Positions 9,277 to 18,678 are shown, counted from the first letter of the stretch. The stretch: DNA of 32,000 nt from Microcystis aeruginosa NIES-843 (GCF_000010625.1 NC_010296.1:540001-572000), one strand, 5' to 3'. A program made the numbers and translations. Notes: generated from the letters alone by a model not told the origin.

Positions 9277-10437
9277 CTATAACTCGGCAGTACGTCCTTT
9301 AGGAGGAAAAATTCCCGCAGGTTTGAATTGCAAGAAAGCAATAATTAAAGCAAAAATCATCACTTTTGCCATGCTAGTGGTGGAGAAAAAGGTGAAGAAA
9401 TCCGTTAGGGGTTTTAGGGCTTCTACAGAACCAAAAATCAGAGCAAAAGTTCCCGAACCAATTAAATAATTAGCCACACCGATCGCCATAGCCGCGATAA
9501 TAGTTCCCAGGAGATTACCCACTCCCCCCACCACCACTACCATGAAGGTATCAACGATATAATTTTGTCCCACGTTTGGACCGACGGAACCCAAAAAACT
9601 AATCGCACAACCGGCAACTCCAGCTAATCCCGAACCGAGGGCAAAAGTCAAAGCATCCACTTGATTTGTCGGAATGCCTAAACAGGCACTCATCTGGCGA
9701 TTTTGGGTGACGGCACGAATGCGTAAACCCCAAGAAGATTTATTTAAAAACCAATAAGTCCCTAACAAACAAAGGGCAGTTAAAATGATAATAAATAGAC
9801 GGGTGTAGGGCATTTGAAAACCGGGTAAAGGTAAACCTCCCCGTAACCAAGCAGGAGCCGTGACATCGACGTTTCTGGCACTAAACCAGGGTCGAGCGAG
9901 AACCGGATTAAAAGATAAAAGATAGCCTAATAATCCAGCGATAGCTAGGGATAAAGGCAGGGTGATACCAATAGTTAAATTGCGAATTCTCTCCCAATCT
10001 AGGCGACGACTTAACACCGTCATCGCCCCAAAAAATAACAGACAGAAAACTATTAAACTAATTACTAATAACCCGTTGACACTTCTGACAAATTGCTGCA
10101 GAATTAAGCTGACTCCCCAAGTGGCCAGCAGCGTTTCTAGGGGTCTGCCGTAGAGGAACCTAATCACCCCCCTTTCTAATAATAATCCCGCCAATCCCGA
10201 CACTAAAAAAGCGATCGGTAGGGCGAATAAAACATAAGTATCAAAGAGGGGAGAACCGAAACCTTTAAAGACATTTTGCACCACAAAAGTACTGTAGGCC
10301 CCTAACATCATTAACTCACCGTGAGCGAGATTAATTACCCCCATCAGTCCAAAGACAATCGCTAGTCCTAAAGCGGCCAGCAATAGCACAGAACCGATGC
10401 TAATACCATTAAACAATCCTTCCAATAATGCTGACAC
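9277..10437 (-). CDS. urtB: urea ABC transporter permease UrtB
   Basis: 386-aa polytopic LivH-like membrane protein, in the order urtA-B-C-D-E. Confidence 0.9.
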   Translation of the reverse strand: MSALLEGLFNGISIGSVLLLAALGLAIVFGLMGVINLAHGELMMLGAYSTFVVQNVFKGFGSPLFDTYVLFALPIAFLVSGLAGLLLERGVIRFLYGRPLETLLATWGVSLILQQFVRSVNGLLVISLIVFCLLFFGAMTVLSRRLDWERIRNLTIGITLPLSLAIAGLLGYLLSFNPVLARPWFSARNVDVTAPAWLRGGLPLPGFQMPYTRLFIIILTALCLLGTYWFLNKSSWGLRIRAVTQNRQMSACLGIPTNQVDALTFALGSGLAGVAGCAISFLGSVGPNVGQNYIVDTFMVVVVGGVGNLLGTIIAAMAIGVANYLIGSGTFALIFGSVEALKPLTDFFTFFSTTSMAKVMIFALIIAFLQFKPAGIFPPKGRTAEL

Positions 10438-10468
10438 TTTTCGTTATTCCCGTGCATTTTTAAGCTTT

Positions 10469-10498
10469 AAAAAGTGGGGTGAACAGTAATGCCCACCT
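10469..10498 (-). terminator. weak hairpin plus U-run between urtA and urtB (possible intra-operon attenuator)
   Basis: Minus-strand RNA reads AGGUGGG-13 nt-CCCACUU followed by UUU. There are only 5 Watson-Crick pairs plus one G-U and one A-U, so this is weak. Confidence 0.3.
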
Positions 10499-10531
10499 CA
10501 CTCTCGTTATTGTCTGAAAAAATTCCTAAAA

Positions 10532-11848
10532 CTAGGATTTTTCCATTTTGAACTTACCGCCCTTAGCCGGATCCGTCCAGTCACAGGCAAAGCCCTTAGT
10601 TTCGGGGACAAATTGGTTCCAAGGTTGCGGATCCACTACCCCCGGAGTTGACCAAACGATGTCAAATAGACCATCATCTCTCACCTGACCAACGCGGACG
10701 GTTTTGGAGATATGATGATTGGGGAACATTTCCACCGGTCCTTCGGGAGCATCGAATTTTTGTCCTACGGCTGCGGCGCGAACTTTGTCGAGATCATCGG
10801 CGGTTCCCGCTTGTTCTACCGCTTGCTTCCAGAGATAGACCATAATATAGGCCGCTTCCATGGGGTCGTTAGTGACGCGCTCGGGACCGTATTTAGCTCG
10901 AAAAGCCTCAACAAATTTTTTGTTAGCGGGGGTATCTACGGTTTGGAAATAGTTCCAGCAAGCGTATTGACCGAGGAGATATTCCTTACCGATTTGTTTA
11001 ACTTCTTCCTCGGCAACACTCACCGACATGACCGGATATTTATCGGGAGTTAAACCGGCCGCTTGCAGTTGTTTAAAGAAAGCCACGTTACTGTCACCGT
11101 TGAGGGTGTTGAAAATAACGCCACCATCGGGTAAAGCTTGCTTAATTTTGGTAATAATCGGGGTAACTTCCGTGTTACCTAGGGGTAGATAGTCTTCGCC
11201 CACGGTTTCGCCGCCTTTCGCCTTTAACTGCTCTTTAATAATCGTGTTGGCGGTGCGGGGAAAAACGTAGTCGGAACCGACGAGGAAGAATTTTTTCCCT
11301 TTATTTTCCAGCAACCAAGTCACTGCCGGCTCGATCTGTTGGTTGGGGGCAGCACCAGTGTAAAAGATATTTCTAGAACACTCTTGACCCTCGTACTGGA
11401 CAGGATACCAGAGCATATGGTTTTTGGCTTCAAACACGGGTAAAACCGCCTTACGACTGGCGGAAGTCCAACAACCGAAGACAGTCGCAACTTTGTCCTG
11501 ATCGATCAGTTTGGTGGCTTTTTCGGCAAAAGTTGGCCAATCGGAAGCGCCATCTTCCACCACTGCCTCGATCTGTTTACCAAGAACACCACCGGCGGCA
11601 TTGATTTCCTCGATCGCCAGTTTTTCCGCATCAACTACGCTGGTTTCACTGATGGCCATGGTGCCACTGAGGGAGTGCAGAATACCCACCTTAATTGTCT
11701 CTCCAGAAGTTGGGGCGGGACTAGCAGCCGGGCTAGGACTAGCCGTGGGGGTTTGGCTTTGATTGCCACCACAAGCTTTTAACAGAATACTGGTTCCCAA
11801 AGCGGCAGAACCGTACAGGAGAAATTTACGTCGTCCTAAATTTGACAT
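10532..11848 (-). CDS. urtA: urea ABC transporter substrate-binding protein UrtA
   Basis: 438 aa with a lipoprotein-type signal (LLKACGG), a P/S/A-rich linker and a LivK-like periplasmic binding fold. It is the first gene of the urt cluster. Confidence 0.92.
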   Translation of the reverse strand: MSNLGRRKFLLYGSAALGTSILLKACGGNQSQTPTASPSPAASPAPTSGETIKVGILHSLSGTMAISETSVVDAEKLAIEEINAAGGVLGKQIEAVVEDGASDWPTFAEKATKLIDQDKVATVFGCWTSASRKAVLPVFEAKNHMLWYPVQYEGQECSRNIFYTGAAPNQQIEPAVTWLLENKGKKFFLVGSDYVFPRTANTIIKEQLKAKGGETVGEDYLPLGNTEVTPIITKIKQALPDGGVIFNTLNGDSNVAFFKQLQAAGLTPDKYPVMSVSVAEEEVKQIGKEYLLGQYACWNYFQTVDTPANKKFVEAFRAKYGPERVTNDPMEAAYIMVYLWKQAVEQAGTADDLDKVRAAAVGQKFDAPEGPVEMFPNHHISKTVRVGQVRDDGLFDIVWSTPGVVDPQPWNQFVPETKGFACDWTDPAKGGKFKMEKS

Positions 11849-11945
11849 GATGATCTTGAACTAACCTCGCTGACAATATTAGCTACTTCACACGGATGTT
11901 TTTGCTGAGGAGATTTTCGGGAATCTTTCTACGAATATCTGTGTG

Positions 11946-11987
11946 ATATTACGGCTAGGTTAGCAGATTTTTTGTAACTTTCGCTAC
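11946..11987 (-). promoter_or_regulatory. NtcA-type activated promoter of urtA (GTA-N8-TAC, N22, TAN3T)
   Basis: GTAACTTTCGCTAC at 11974-11987, with GTA at 11974-11976 and TAC at 11985-11987. Exactly 22 nt toward the gene, the minus strand reads TAATAT (11951-11946). This matches the canonical cyanobacterial class-II NtcA promoter layout and lies about 90-100 nt upstream of the urtA ATG. Confidence 0.6.
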
Positions 11988-12003
11988 TTTTTGGATGTTT
12001 TTT

Positions 12004-12017
12004 GTAATTTTTGCTAC
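12004..12017 (-). promoter_or_regulatory. second, upstream NtcA-like palindrome GTA-N8-TAC
   Basis: GTAATTTTTGCTAC, 30 bp from the first site and inside a 30-bp direct repeat (TTTTTTGTAAnTTTnGCTACTTTTT). No matching -10 box lies 22 nt downstream. Confidence 0.4.
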
Positions 12018-12071
12018 TTTTTTCCCAAAAATTAATGATTTTTCTGGAATTTGCCTCAGTTTTTTAGCTAT

Positions 12072-12219
<148 letters not shown>

Positions 12220-12254
12220 CCCCCAGGAAAAGCTTTTTGCCGCAAACCTAATGA

Positions 12255-12530
12255 TCAATCCGAATCTGGCCAAAGCAGCCGGACAGCAAGCAGCGCAAAA
12301 CCAATGGCCGCTATCGCTTTTAATATCTTAGCGGGGAATAATTGCGCCATACTGCCGCCCGCAAGGACTCCTAAGAAACTGGTGCAGATTAAGGCGGTAA
12401 TTGAGCCAAAAAAGACAGCTTTAGGTGATTTGGAACTGCCACCGAGAGCGATCGCTACTAATTGACTTTTATCGCCTATTTCTGCCAAAAAAACCGTGAT
12501 AAATGTCAGTCCGAATAATTGCCAATTCAT
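12255..12530 (-). CDS. UPF0016 (GDT1/TMEM165/Mnx-type) single-domain half-transporter, second of a pair
   Basis: The start is taken at the ATG at 12530-12528 (MNWQLFGLTFITVFLAEIGDKSQLV...), which includes the family E-x-G-D-K-[ST] motif. The longer track ORF (to 12737) only adds translated tandem repeats (PHFPTSPLPH...). Confidence 0.8.
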   Translation of the reverse strand: MNWQLFGLTFITVFLAEIGDKSQLVAIALGGSSKSPKAVFFGSITALICTSFLGVLAGGSMAQLFPAKILKAIAAIGFALLAVRLLWPDSD

Positions 12531-12550
12531 AAATTCTAGGGAGATGGGTG

Positions 12551-12702
12551 ATGGGGAGGTGGGGAAGTGGGGAAGTGGGGAAGTGGGGAGGTGGGGAAGT
12601 GGGGAAGTGGGGAAGTGGGGAAGTGGGGAAGTGGGGTGTGGGGTGTGGGGTGTGGGGTGTGGGGTGTGGGGTGTGGGGTGTCGGAAGAATAAATAGAAAT
12701 AA
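12551..12702. repeat. composite repeat arm (right, inner part): 10 x GTGGGGAA octamers, 7 x GTGGGGT heptamers, 22-bp core
   Basis: Octamers at 12551-12630; heptamers at 12631-12679. The core TCGGAAGAATAAATAGAAATAA at 12681-12702 is the exact reverse complement of 12149-12170. Confidence 0.9.
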
Positions 12703-12798
12703 GGGACCTGCGTAGGAATAATATCCCAGCCAGACACTCGCTCTGTAGAAGAATCAGACCAGCCATAAATGGTACATTATCAAAGCGCAAGTCCCTAA

Positions 12799-12840
12799 TC
12801 TCCTGTCTCCTGTCTCCTATCTCCTGACTCCTGACTCTTG
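12799..12840. repeat. composite repeat arm (right, outer part): 6 x TCTCCTG-type heptamers
   Basis: Reverse complement of the CAGGAGA array at 12072-12148. It is separated from the 22-bp core by a 96-bp unique spacer. Confidence 0.85.
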
Positions 12841-12852
12841 ATCACTGATTGC

Positions 12853-13185
12853 TTAGAGAATATCGCCGATCAGTAAACCGGTGATCAAAAGGAGAAGGAT
12901 AGCGACACCGATATCTAAAGTTTTGGGGGAAAGACGACGAGCAATCCAATAACCGATCAGGACACCGAGGAGACTGGTAGCGATTAAAGCGGTGGCTGCC
13001 CCGGCAAAAACCACCCAGGGGGATTGGGATTCAGCACTGATGAGAAGGGTGGCTAATTGGGTTTTATCGCCGATTTCAGCAAAAAATATGGTTAGGAAGG
13101 TGGAACTAAACACCGTCCAAAAACTCCAAGAAGGTGGCTGATCTGGCTTTTTCTCGGTTGAGGCGATCGATTTGCTATCACTCAT
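12853..13185 (-). CDS. UPF0016 (GDT1/TMEM165/Mnx-type) single-domain half-transporter, first of a pair
   Basis: 110 aa with FFAEIGDKTQLATL and three predicted TM helices. It is paralogous to 12255-12530. Confidence 0.8.
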   Translation of the reverse strand: MSDSKSIASTEKKPDQPPSWSFWTVFSSTFLTIFFAEIGDKTQLATLLISAESQSPWVVFAGAATALIATSLLGVLIGYWIARRLSPKTLDIGVAILLLLITGLLIGDIL

Positions 13186-13398
13186 CGGCTAATTTAACAA
13201 TATCGGGTTAAGCAATAATTTTCATACTTTTTTCATTTTAGCCCGACCGGTTTTCTGGCGATAGTTTCTGCTGTTGGGGGCGCTGTCTCCTCCCCCCAAT
13301 AGTTAAAAAACCCTAGTCGATCGAGGTAGAGTTTCCATCCTAGAGTTTAATAATTATTAGACTAGGACGAGCGCAAATTGCTTGGAGGTATAGCCCCT

Positions 13399-14004
13399 AT
13401 GGTAGAAAACAGAGATTATACTCTGATTATTGACAAAAGTGGCAGTATGTCCACTGCTGATAAACCCAGCGAGAAAACCCGTTGGCAAATTGCCCAAGAA
13501 TCCACCCTCGCCTTGGCTAGAAAGTGCGAGGAATTCGATCCCGACGGCATCACTATCTATCTTTTTTCCGGACGTTTCCGACGCTATGATAATGTTACTT
13601 CCGATAAGGTGACACAAATTTATCAAGAAAATGAACCTATGGGGAGGACAGACCTAGCCGCTGTTCTTCAAGATGCCCTCAATAATTATTTTCAGCGCAA
13701 AACTGCTGGCAAAACTAAACCCAACGGAGAAACTATTCTGGTGATTACCGACGGAGAACCAGATGATCGCAAAGCGGTGATGCGTCAAATTATCGAAGCT
13801 TCTCGAAAACTCGATAGGGATGAAGAATTAGCCATTTCTCTGATTCAAGTAGGCCATGATCGACAAGCAACCGAATTTCTTAAAGCTTTAGACGATCAGC
13901 TAGAATCGGCGGGGGCCAAATTCGATATCGTTGACACAATTACTATCGATGATATGGAAGATATGACCCTAGCGGAAGTTCTTCTCAATGCCGTTACCGA
14001 TTAA
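13399..14004 (+). CDS. small von Willebrand factor A (vWA) domain protein
   Basis: MIDAS-type DKSGSMS near the N-terminus and a later ITDGEPDD. The start is taken at ATG 13399, which has GGAGG 10-15 nt upstream, rather than at TTG 13378. Confidence 0.8.
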   Translation: MVENRDYTLIIDKSGSMSTADKPSEKTRWQIAQESTLALARKCEEFDPDGITIYLFSGRFRRYDNVTSDKVTQIYQENEPMGRTDLAAVLQDALNNYFQRKTAGKTKPNGETILVITDGEPDDRKAVMRQIIEASRKLDRDEELAISLIQVGHDRQATEFLKALDDQLESAGAKFDIVDTITIDDMEDMTLAEVLLNAVTD

Positions 14005-14015
14005 TTTCTACCCAG

Positions 14016-14040
14016 TAGGGGTGAGAGCTTTCCACCCCTA
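14016..14040. terminator. 8-bp hairpin between convergent vWA and glgA (no clear U-tract)
   Basis: TAGGGGTG-9 nt-CACCCCTA. It is the only stable structure in the 48-bp convergent spacer. Confidence 0.35.
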
Positions 14041-14052
14041 ATCAAGGAGGAT

Positions 14053-15480
14053 TTAACTGCTAGTCAGGGCGACCAATTTATCTTTTTCCTCATCGGATAA
14101 TTGATCCGATTGTCCGGTGATTTGTTTGTAGATTTTGAGATATTCCAAAGCGGATTTATACCAACTGAAATCTTGAGTCATTGCCCGTTGCTGTAGTTTT
14201 TGCCAATCCTGTTTATAACGGAAACTTTCCCAAGTCCGGATCATACAGGTAAACAGGTCTAAAGGTTCATAGCGATCGAAACTAAATCCTGTTCCTCTTT
14301 CCTGAATTGGGTCGTGGAAAGATACCGTATCGACCAAACCACCGGTGCGGCGTACCATGGGAATACAACCGTAACGCATGGCCATTAATTGGGAAATGCC
14401 ACAGGGTTCAAAACGGGAAGGCATTAACAAAGCATCGGCCCCCCCATAGATGCGACGGGAAAGGGCATCACTATAGAGAAGATGCAGGGACATTCGCCCC
14501 CGGAAACGGGAAGTCATCTCCCACAGTTGGGTTTCATAATAGCGATCGCCTGTACCCAAAATAATCAATTGTGCATCAGTATAGGTGAGAAAGCGATCTA
14601 AAATTTGCATCACTAGATCAATACCTTTTTGTTCCACCAAACGCGTCACCATCGCCATGACAAAGGCACTTTTACTGACCTGTAGCCCCACTTCTTCTTG
14701 CAGGGCAATTTTATTGATCAGACGTTTTTCGATGGTTTCTGGGGTAAAATTCTGCTTAAGATAAACATCTTTAGCCGGGTCATACACCTCCGTATCGATG
14801 CCGTTGACAATCCCCACCAGATTGCCGGAAATATAGGACAATAATCCCTCTAAATTTTCGCCATAAATGGGGGTCTGTATTTGACGGGCATAGGTGGGAG
14901 AAACGGTGGTGATGCGATTAGCAAATTGAACCGCCGCGGCCATGGTATTATCGCCCTGCATATACCAAGGACACCAAGTCATTTTTTCTAATGCCTCCCG
15001 CCAAGGGCCCTGGTAGGCGAGATTATGGATAGTAAAAACGGTGCTAATATCGGGGTCTTGGTGCATCCAGACGGGAATCATGCCCGTATGCCAATCATGA
15101 CAGTGAATAACTTGCGGTTTCCAGTAATTCCAAGCGAATTCCGCCGCACCATTGGCAAATAGGGTAAATCTCCAGGCCTCATCTTCGCCTCCGTAGATAT
15201 TGCGTCCAGAGAAAGCTAGATGACCAAAGAGGTAGAGAGGAATATCCGTATCGGGTAAAACCGTCTCATAGACTAAAAAATCCTGAAACATGGCGAATCC
15301 TGACCAAATGGGTTCGGAAGGGATGTCCATTTTTTCCTGGAGAAAACCGTAGTAGGGTAGAAAAATCCGCACGTCATGACCTAGCTGACGCAAGACTTTC
15401 GGTAATGCCCCAATTACGTCCCCCATTCCCCCAACTTTGGCAATTGGGGCGGCCTCGGCACCCACAAATAGAATTCGCAT
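14053..15480 (-). CDS. glgA: glycogen synthase
   Basis: 475 aa with the N-terminal [22 protein letters not shown] motif and a GT5-family sequence throughout. Confidence 0.93.
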   Translation of the reverse strand: MRILFVGAEAAPIAKVGGMGDVIGALPKVLRQLGHDVRIFLPYYGFLQEKMDIPSEPIWSGFAMFQDFLVYETVLPDTDIPLYLFGHLAFSGRNIYGGEDEAWRFTLFANGAAEFAWNYWKPQVIHCHDWHTGMIPVWMHQDPDISTVFTIHNLAYQGPWREALEKMTWCPWYMQGDNTMAAAVQFANRITTVSPTYARQIQTPIYGENLEGLLSYISGNLVGIVNGIDTEVYDPAKDVYLKQNFTPETIEKRLINKIALQEEVGLQVSKSAFVMAMVTRLVEQKGIDLVMQILDRFLTYTDAQLIILGTGDRYYETQLWEMTSRFRGRMSLHLLYSDALSRRIYGGADALLMPSRFEPCGISQLMAMRYGCIPMVRRTGGLVDTVSFHDPIQERGTGFSFDRYEPLDLFTCMIRTWESFRYKQDWQKLQQRAMTQDFSWYKSALEYLKIYKQITGQSDQLSDEEKDKLVALTSS

Positions 15481-15936
15481 ACTCTTCCCGCTTTACTTCA
15501 CGACGACAAGAAATTTTAACAGATAAAACCACCCTAGTAGGATTTGCAAGCAGGTTATTATCGGATTAGCCTAGATTTTTCTTTAACCAACCAGAGAGCC
15601 AACGAGGGGCATAATTAGCTGTTTTGGACATTATTAAGTTTTGTCGCCTTTTTATTAAGTTTTAGCTGCTCGGCACCGGCACTGTCTGCTATTGTCGATT
15701 TAACCGACATTCCGCCTATCTTCATATACTTTTATATATCTTTACATTCCCCAAACTGTTTTGACGAAAAACCTTCACTGTAGAAACTACTATTGAGAAC
15801 ATTTTCAATAATTGATTTTTTCTGAGAAAAAAAATTAAAATTCTTCACCTTGATCAAAATCAATCATTGTAGCTATAGTCCTTACTGGCAATGGATTGTA
15901 AGCAATATATTAGTAAAAATTATCAATTGAATGTTA

Positions 15937-16016
15937 ATACTAAATCCGGTTTGCATGAGTGCCTCTTGCATGAGTGCCTGTCCTTATAGGTAGCCTATGC
16001 TCAGCGGATTTAGTAT
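15937..16016. repeat. 12-bp inverted repeat (ATACTAAATCCG / CGGATTTAGTAT) enclosing a tandem 14-mer
   Basis: The arms are at 15937-15948 and 16005-16016. Inside, TTGCATGAGTGCCT occurs twice (15951-15964 and 15966-15979). Confidence 0.6.
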
Positions 16017-16076
16017 AACAGGCAATTCTTCCCTCACCCCCAAGGAGTGAAACTCCTCATTGCCGCGAGGCAAATT

Positions 16077-16104
16077 CCCCACCCGGACTCCTAGCGGGGT
16101 GGGG
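16077..16104 (-). terminator. GC-rich hairpin just downstream of ndhM
   Basis: CCCCACCC/GGGGTGGG stem 17 nt after the ndhM stop. The following U-tract is poor (AAUUU). Confidence 0.3.
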
Positions 16105-16120
16105 ACTGACGCGGAATCGT

Positions 16121-16450
16121 TCACCCTAATTTCGGTAAACCCATACTATAGTTCTGCACTCTGGCATTGAGATTATAGCTAATTTCGCCTTTTTGCAGGA
16201 GAGAACGGATAAAATGTTCTAGATCTGAACCGATGCGACGGAGATTATATTCGCTCAGTTCTTCCCCATTGTAGGACTCTACCAATTCATCAAACTTACT
16301 ATAAACCTTATTGAGAGCCACTTCTTCCCAATTAAATTCATTATCGGGATCCACATCAAGAGTCAAGACATTGTTACTCTCGATTAATTGATTATTTTTT
16401 ACTTCAGCCGTATAAATGCGAATATGACGGGTCGTGGATTTTAACAGCAT
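16121..16450 (-). CDS. ndhM: NAD(P)H-quinone oxidoreductase (NDH-1) subunit M
   Basis: 109 aa. MLLKSTTRHIRIYTAEV... is the conserved NdhM N-terminus, and the size is typical. Confidence 0.9.
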   Translation of the reverse strand: MLLKSTTRHIRIYTAEVKNNQLIESNNVLTLDVDPDNEFNWEEVALNKVYSKFDELVESYNGEELSEYNLRRIGSDLEHFIRSLLQKGEISYNLNARVQNYSMGLPKLG

Positions 16451-16502
16451 GGAATCTTCGGGGTAAGTTAGACGCTATGTCTAAGATTTTGCCATGATTT
16501 GC

Positions 16503-16660
16503 GGAATTGGGGAATTGGGAATTGGGAAGTGGGGAAGTGGGGTGTGGGGTGTGGGAATTATGGATTATGAAGTGGGGTAGATAGGGAAGTGGGGAAGTGG
16601 GGAGGTGGGGAAGCTGTCTCATCACCCTATCACCCCAAAACCCTATCACCCTATCTCCTG
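16503..16660. repeat. mixed 7/8-bp tandem arrays (GGGGAATT, GGGGAAGT, GGGGTGT, CACCCTAT)
   Basis: Lies in the divergent ndhM-rpsO spacer and generates the spurious ORF 16404-16649. Confidence 0.85.
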
Positions 16661-16741
16661 CCTCCCGAACAATGTTTACGGATCGACCAGAAACGTGATA
16701 CTATGATAGATTGCAGTGTTTAAGCAGAGATCACGAGTCCT

Positions 16742-17011
16742 ATGGCCTTAACCCAGACCAAAAAACAAGAACTAATCAGCCAATATCAGGCCCACGAAAC
16801 CGATACAGGATCATCGGAGTTACAGGTAGCTTTCTTAACCGAGAGAATCAACCAACTGACCGAACACCTGAAAGCTAACCCGAAAGACCATGCTTCCCGT
16901 CGGGGATTACTCCAGATGATCGGTCGTCGTCGGGGACTGTTAACCTATATCCAGAAGAAAGATCAACAACGTTATCAAACCCTGATTGGTCGTCTCGGAA
17001 TTCGCCGTTAA
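16742..17011 (+). CDS. rpsO: 30S ribosomal protein S15
   Basis: 89 aa with ...[42 protein letters not shown], the classic S15 sequence. Confidence 0.95.
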   Translation: MALTQTKKQELISQYQAHETDTGSSELQVAFLTERINQLTEHLKANPKDHASRRGLLQMIGRRRGLLTYIQKKDQQRYQTLIGRLGIRR

Positions 17012-17035
17012 GCATACCCCCTTTGCATCCCTACC

Positions 17036-17500
17036 ATGGCCTCTGAATCGAAATCGACGGAGAAAAAAGAACGTCTCCCCTTTGAGCCGCGCCAAAATAA
17101 GCGAAAAACCCCGAAAATTGCCCCTAGTCCCGTGCCACCGCCCCTAAAAAATCGCTCCGAGGAAACCAGCTTAAAGGCGATTCCGCAAGTGGTCAGTCAA
17201 CGGATGGCCAAACGGATGGCGGTATTTTGTGGCCTGCCGACGGCACTGGGGATAGCTTCCTTTTTTGGCTTCTACTGGATTATTAGCCACGATCTTCTCG
17301 AAATCCCTTCCTACGTCGCCATGCTCGTCAGTTTAAGCCTATTTGGTCTAGGTTTCATCGGTCTGAGTTATGGCATCTTCTCCGCTTCTTGGGATGAGGA
17401 TCGGGTGGGGGATTGGCTAGGATGGCAAGAATTTCAAGCTAATTTTGGCAGAACGATCGCCGCCTGGCGGTCCGGCAAAAAAGAAGTGGAAGAAAAATAG
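17036..17500 (+). CDS. PAM68-like photosystem II assembly factor (DUF3464)
   Basis: 154 aa with a basic N-terminus, IPQVVSQRMAKRM followed by two TM helices, and a position right after rpsO. This fits the cyanobacterial PAM68/Sll0933 family, but the call is by recognition only. Confidence 0.7.
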   Translation: MASESKSTEKKERLPFEPRQNKRKTPKIAPSPVPPPLKNRSEETSLKAIPQVVSQRMAKRMAVFCGLPTALGIASFFGFYWIISHDLLEIPSYVAMLVSLSLFGLGFIGLSYGIFSASWDEDRVGDWLGWQEFQANFGRTIAAWRSGKKEVEEK

Positions 17501-17558
17501 ATAACCTCTAGAAATCGTCAACAATAGAGATTAAAGAAAAAAATAAAAGGTTAATGCC

Positions 17559-18614
17559 ATGATTATTGTCATGAAAGTTGGTTCCCCGGAAATTGAAATC
17601 GAGCGCGTCAGTGCCGAATTCGAGGCATGGGGATTAAGTCCCGAAAAAATCGTCGGTAAGCATAAAGTTGTCATCGGTTTAGTCGGAGAAACCAGGGAAT
17701 TAGACCCCCTACAAATCCAAGAATTAAGCCCTTGGATCGAAACCGTCCTGCGAGTCGAACAACCCTTCAAACGCGCCTCTTTAGAATACCGTCACGGCGA
17801 ATACAGCGAGGTTTTAGTCCCCACTCCTAACGGTGTTATCCCCATCGGCAGAAATCATACCGTTAGCATTGTCGCCGGCCCCTGTTCGGTGGAAAATGAA
17901 GCGATGATCGTGGAAACTGCCAAACGAGTGGCGGCAGCCGGAGCGCAATTCCTCCGCGGTGGTGCCTACAAACCCCGCACTTCTCCCTATGCTTTCCAAG
18001 GTCACGGGGAAAGCGCTTTGGAATTACTAGCGGCGGCTAGAGATGCCAGTGGTTTGGGTATTATCACGGAAGTAATGGACGCAGCGGATCTCGATAAGAT
18101 TGTCGAAATAGCCGACGTGGTGCAAGTGGGGGCGCGCAATATGCAGAATTTTTCCCTCCTGAAAAAAGTTGGGGCGCAACCGAAACCGGTCCTACTCAAG
18201 CGCGGCATGGCGGCCACTATTGAAGATTGGTTGATGGCGGCAGAATATATCCTCGCAGCAGGAAATAGCAATGTCATTCTCTGCGAACGCGGTATCCGCA
18301 CCTTTGACAGTAAATATACTCGCAATACCCTAGATTTATCCTGTATTCCCGTTTTAAGAACTTTAACTCACCTGCCGATCATGATCGATCCTAGCCACGG
18401 TACGGGTAAATGGGAATATGTCCCGACCATGGCCATGGCTTCCCTGGCAGCCGGGGCCGATTCCTTGATGATCGAGGTACATCCTAACCCGGCAAAGGCC
18501 CTATCTGATGGGCCGCAATCCTTGACCCCCGACCGATTCGATCGATTAACTCAGGAGTTAGCGGTCATTGGTAAGACGATCGGGCGTTGGCCCCAGGTTC
18601 CGGCACTGGTTTGA
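17559..18614 (+). CDS. aroF: 3-deoxy-7-phosphoheptulonate (DAHP) synthase, type I-beta with an N-terminal regulatory domain
   Basis: 351 aa with a KdsA/AroF-like core (GPCSVE, GAYKPRTSPY.FQG, KRG, IDPSH) preceded by a roughly 70-aa ferredoxin-like domain. Confidence 0.9.
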   Translation: MIIVMKVGSPEIEIERVSAEFEAWGLSPEKIVGKHKVVIGLVGETRELDPLQIQELSPWIETVLRVEQPFKRASLEYRHGEYSEVLVPTPNGVIPIGRNHTVSIVAGPCSVENEAMIVETAKRVAAAGAQFLRGGAYKPRTSPYAFQGHGESALELLAAARDASGLGIITEVMDAADLDKIVEIADVVQVGARNMQNFSLLKKVGAQPKPVLLKRGMAATIEDWLMAAEYILAAGNSNVILCERGIRTFDSKYTRNTLDLSCIPVLRTLTHLPIMIDPSHGTGKWEYVPTMAMASLAAGADSLMIEVHPNPAKALSDGPQSLTPDRFDRLTQELAVIGKTIGRWPQVPALV

Positions 18615-18625
18615 TAAGATGATCA

Positions 18626-18649
18626 GGGGGTGAGTCAACCCCCTTTTTT
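18626..18649 (+). terminator. Rho-independent terminator after aroF
   Basis: GGGGGT-GAGTCA-ACCCCC followed by TTTTTT, 12 nt after the stop. Confidence 0.75.
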
Positions 18650-18678
18650 GGGCATAAATTTCGCTTTTCGGGGCAGTT

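Noticed and set aside
6716-11762. Antisense ORFs inside the urt genes (6716-6961, 6736-6984, 7752-8081, 9179-9469, 9962-10153, 10648-10845, 10712-11053, 11511-11762)
   Set aside because: They are shadow ORFs opposite strongly supported urtA-E coding frames, with low-complexity, non-conserved-looking peptides.
12531-12790. N-terminal extension of ORF 12255-12737 and overlapping ORF 12536-12790 (PHFPTSPLPH... repeats)
   Set aside because: This is a translation of the GTGGGGAA/GTGGGGT arrays. The conserved UPF0016 domain starts at the internal ATG 12530.
13357-13626. 89-aa minus ORF and 60-aa + ORF overlapping the vWA gene
   Set aside because: They overlap a domain-bearing CDS and have no features of their own.
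15954-15992. 12-codon Cys-containing mini-ORF (MSASCMSACPYR*)
   Set aside because: It arises from the tandem 14-mer duplication, has no RBS, and is too short to support.
16404-16649. 81-aa ORF overlapping the ndhM start
   Set aside because: It is composed of translated octamer/heptamer arrays (LPHLPTSPLPYLPH) and overlaps ndhM.
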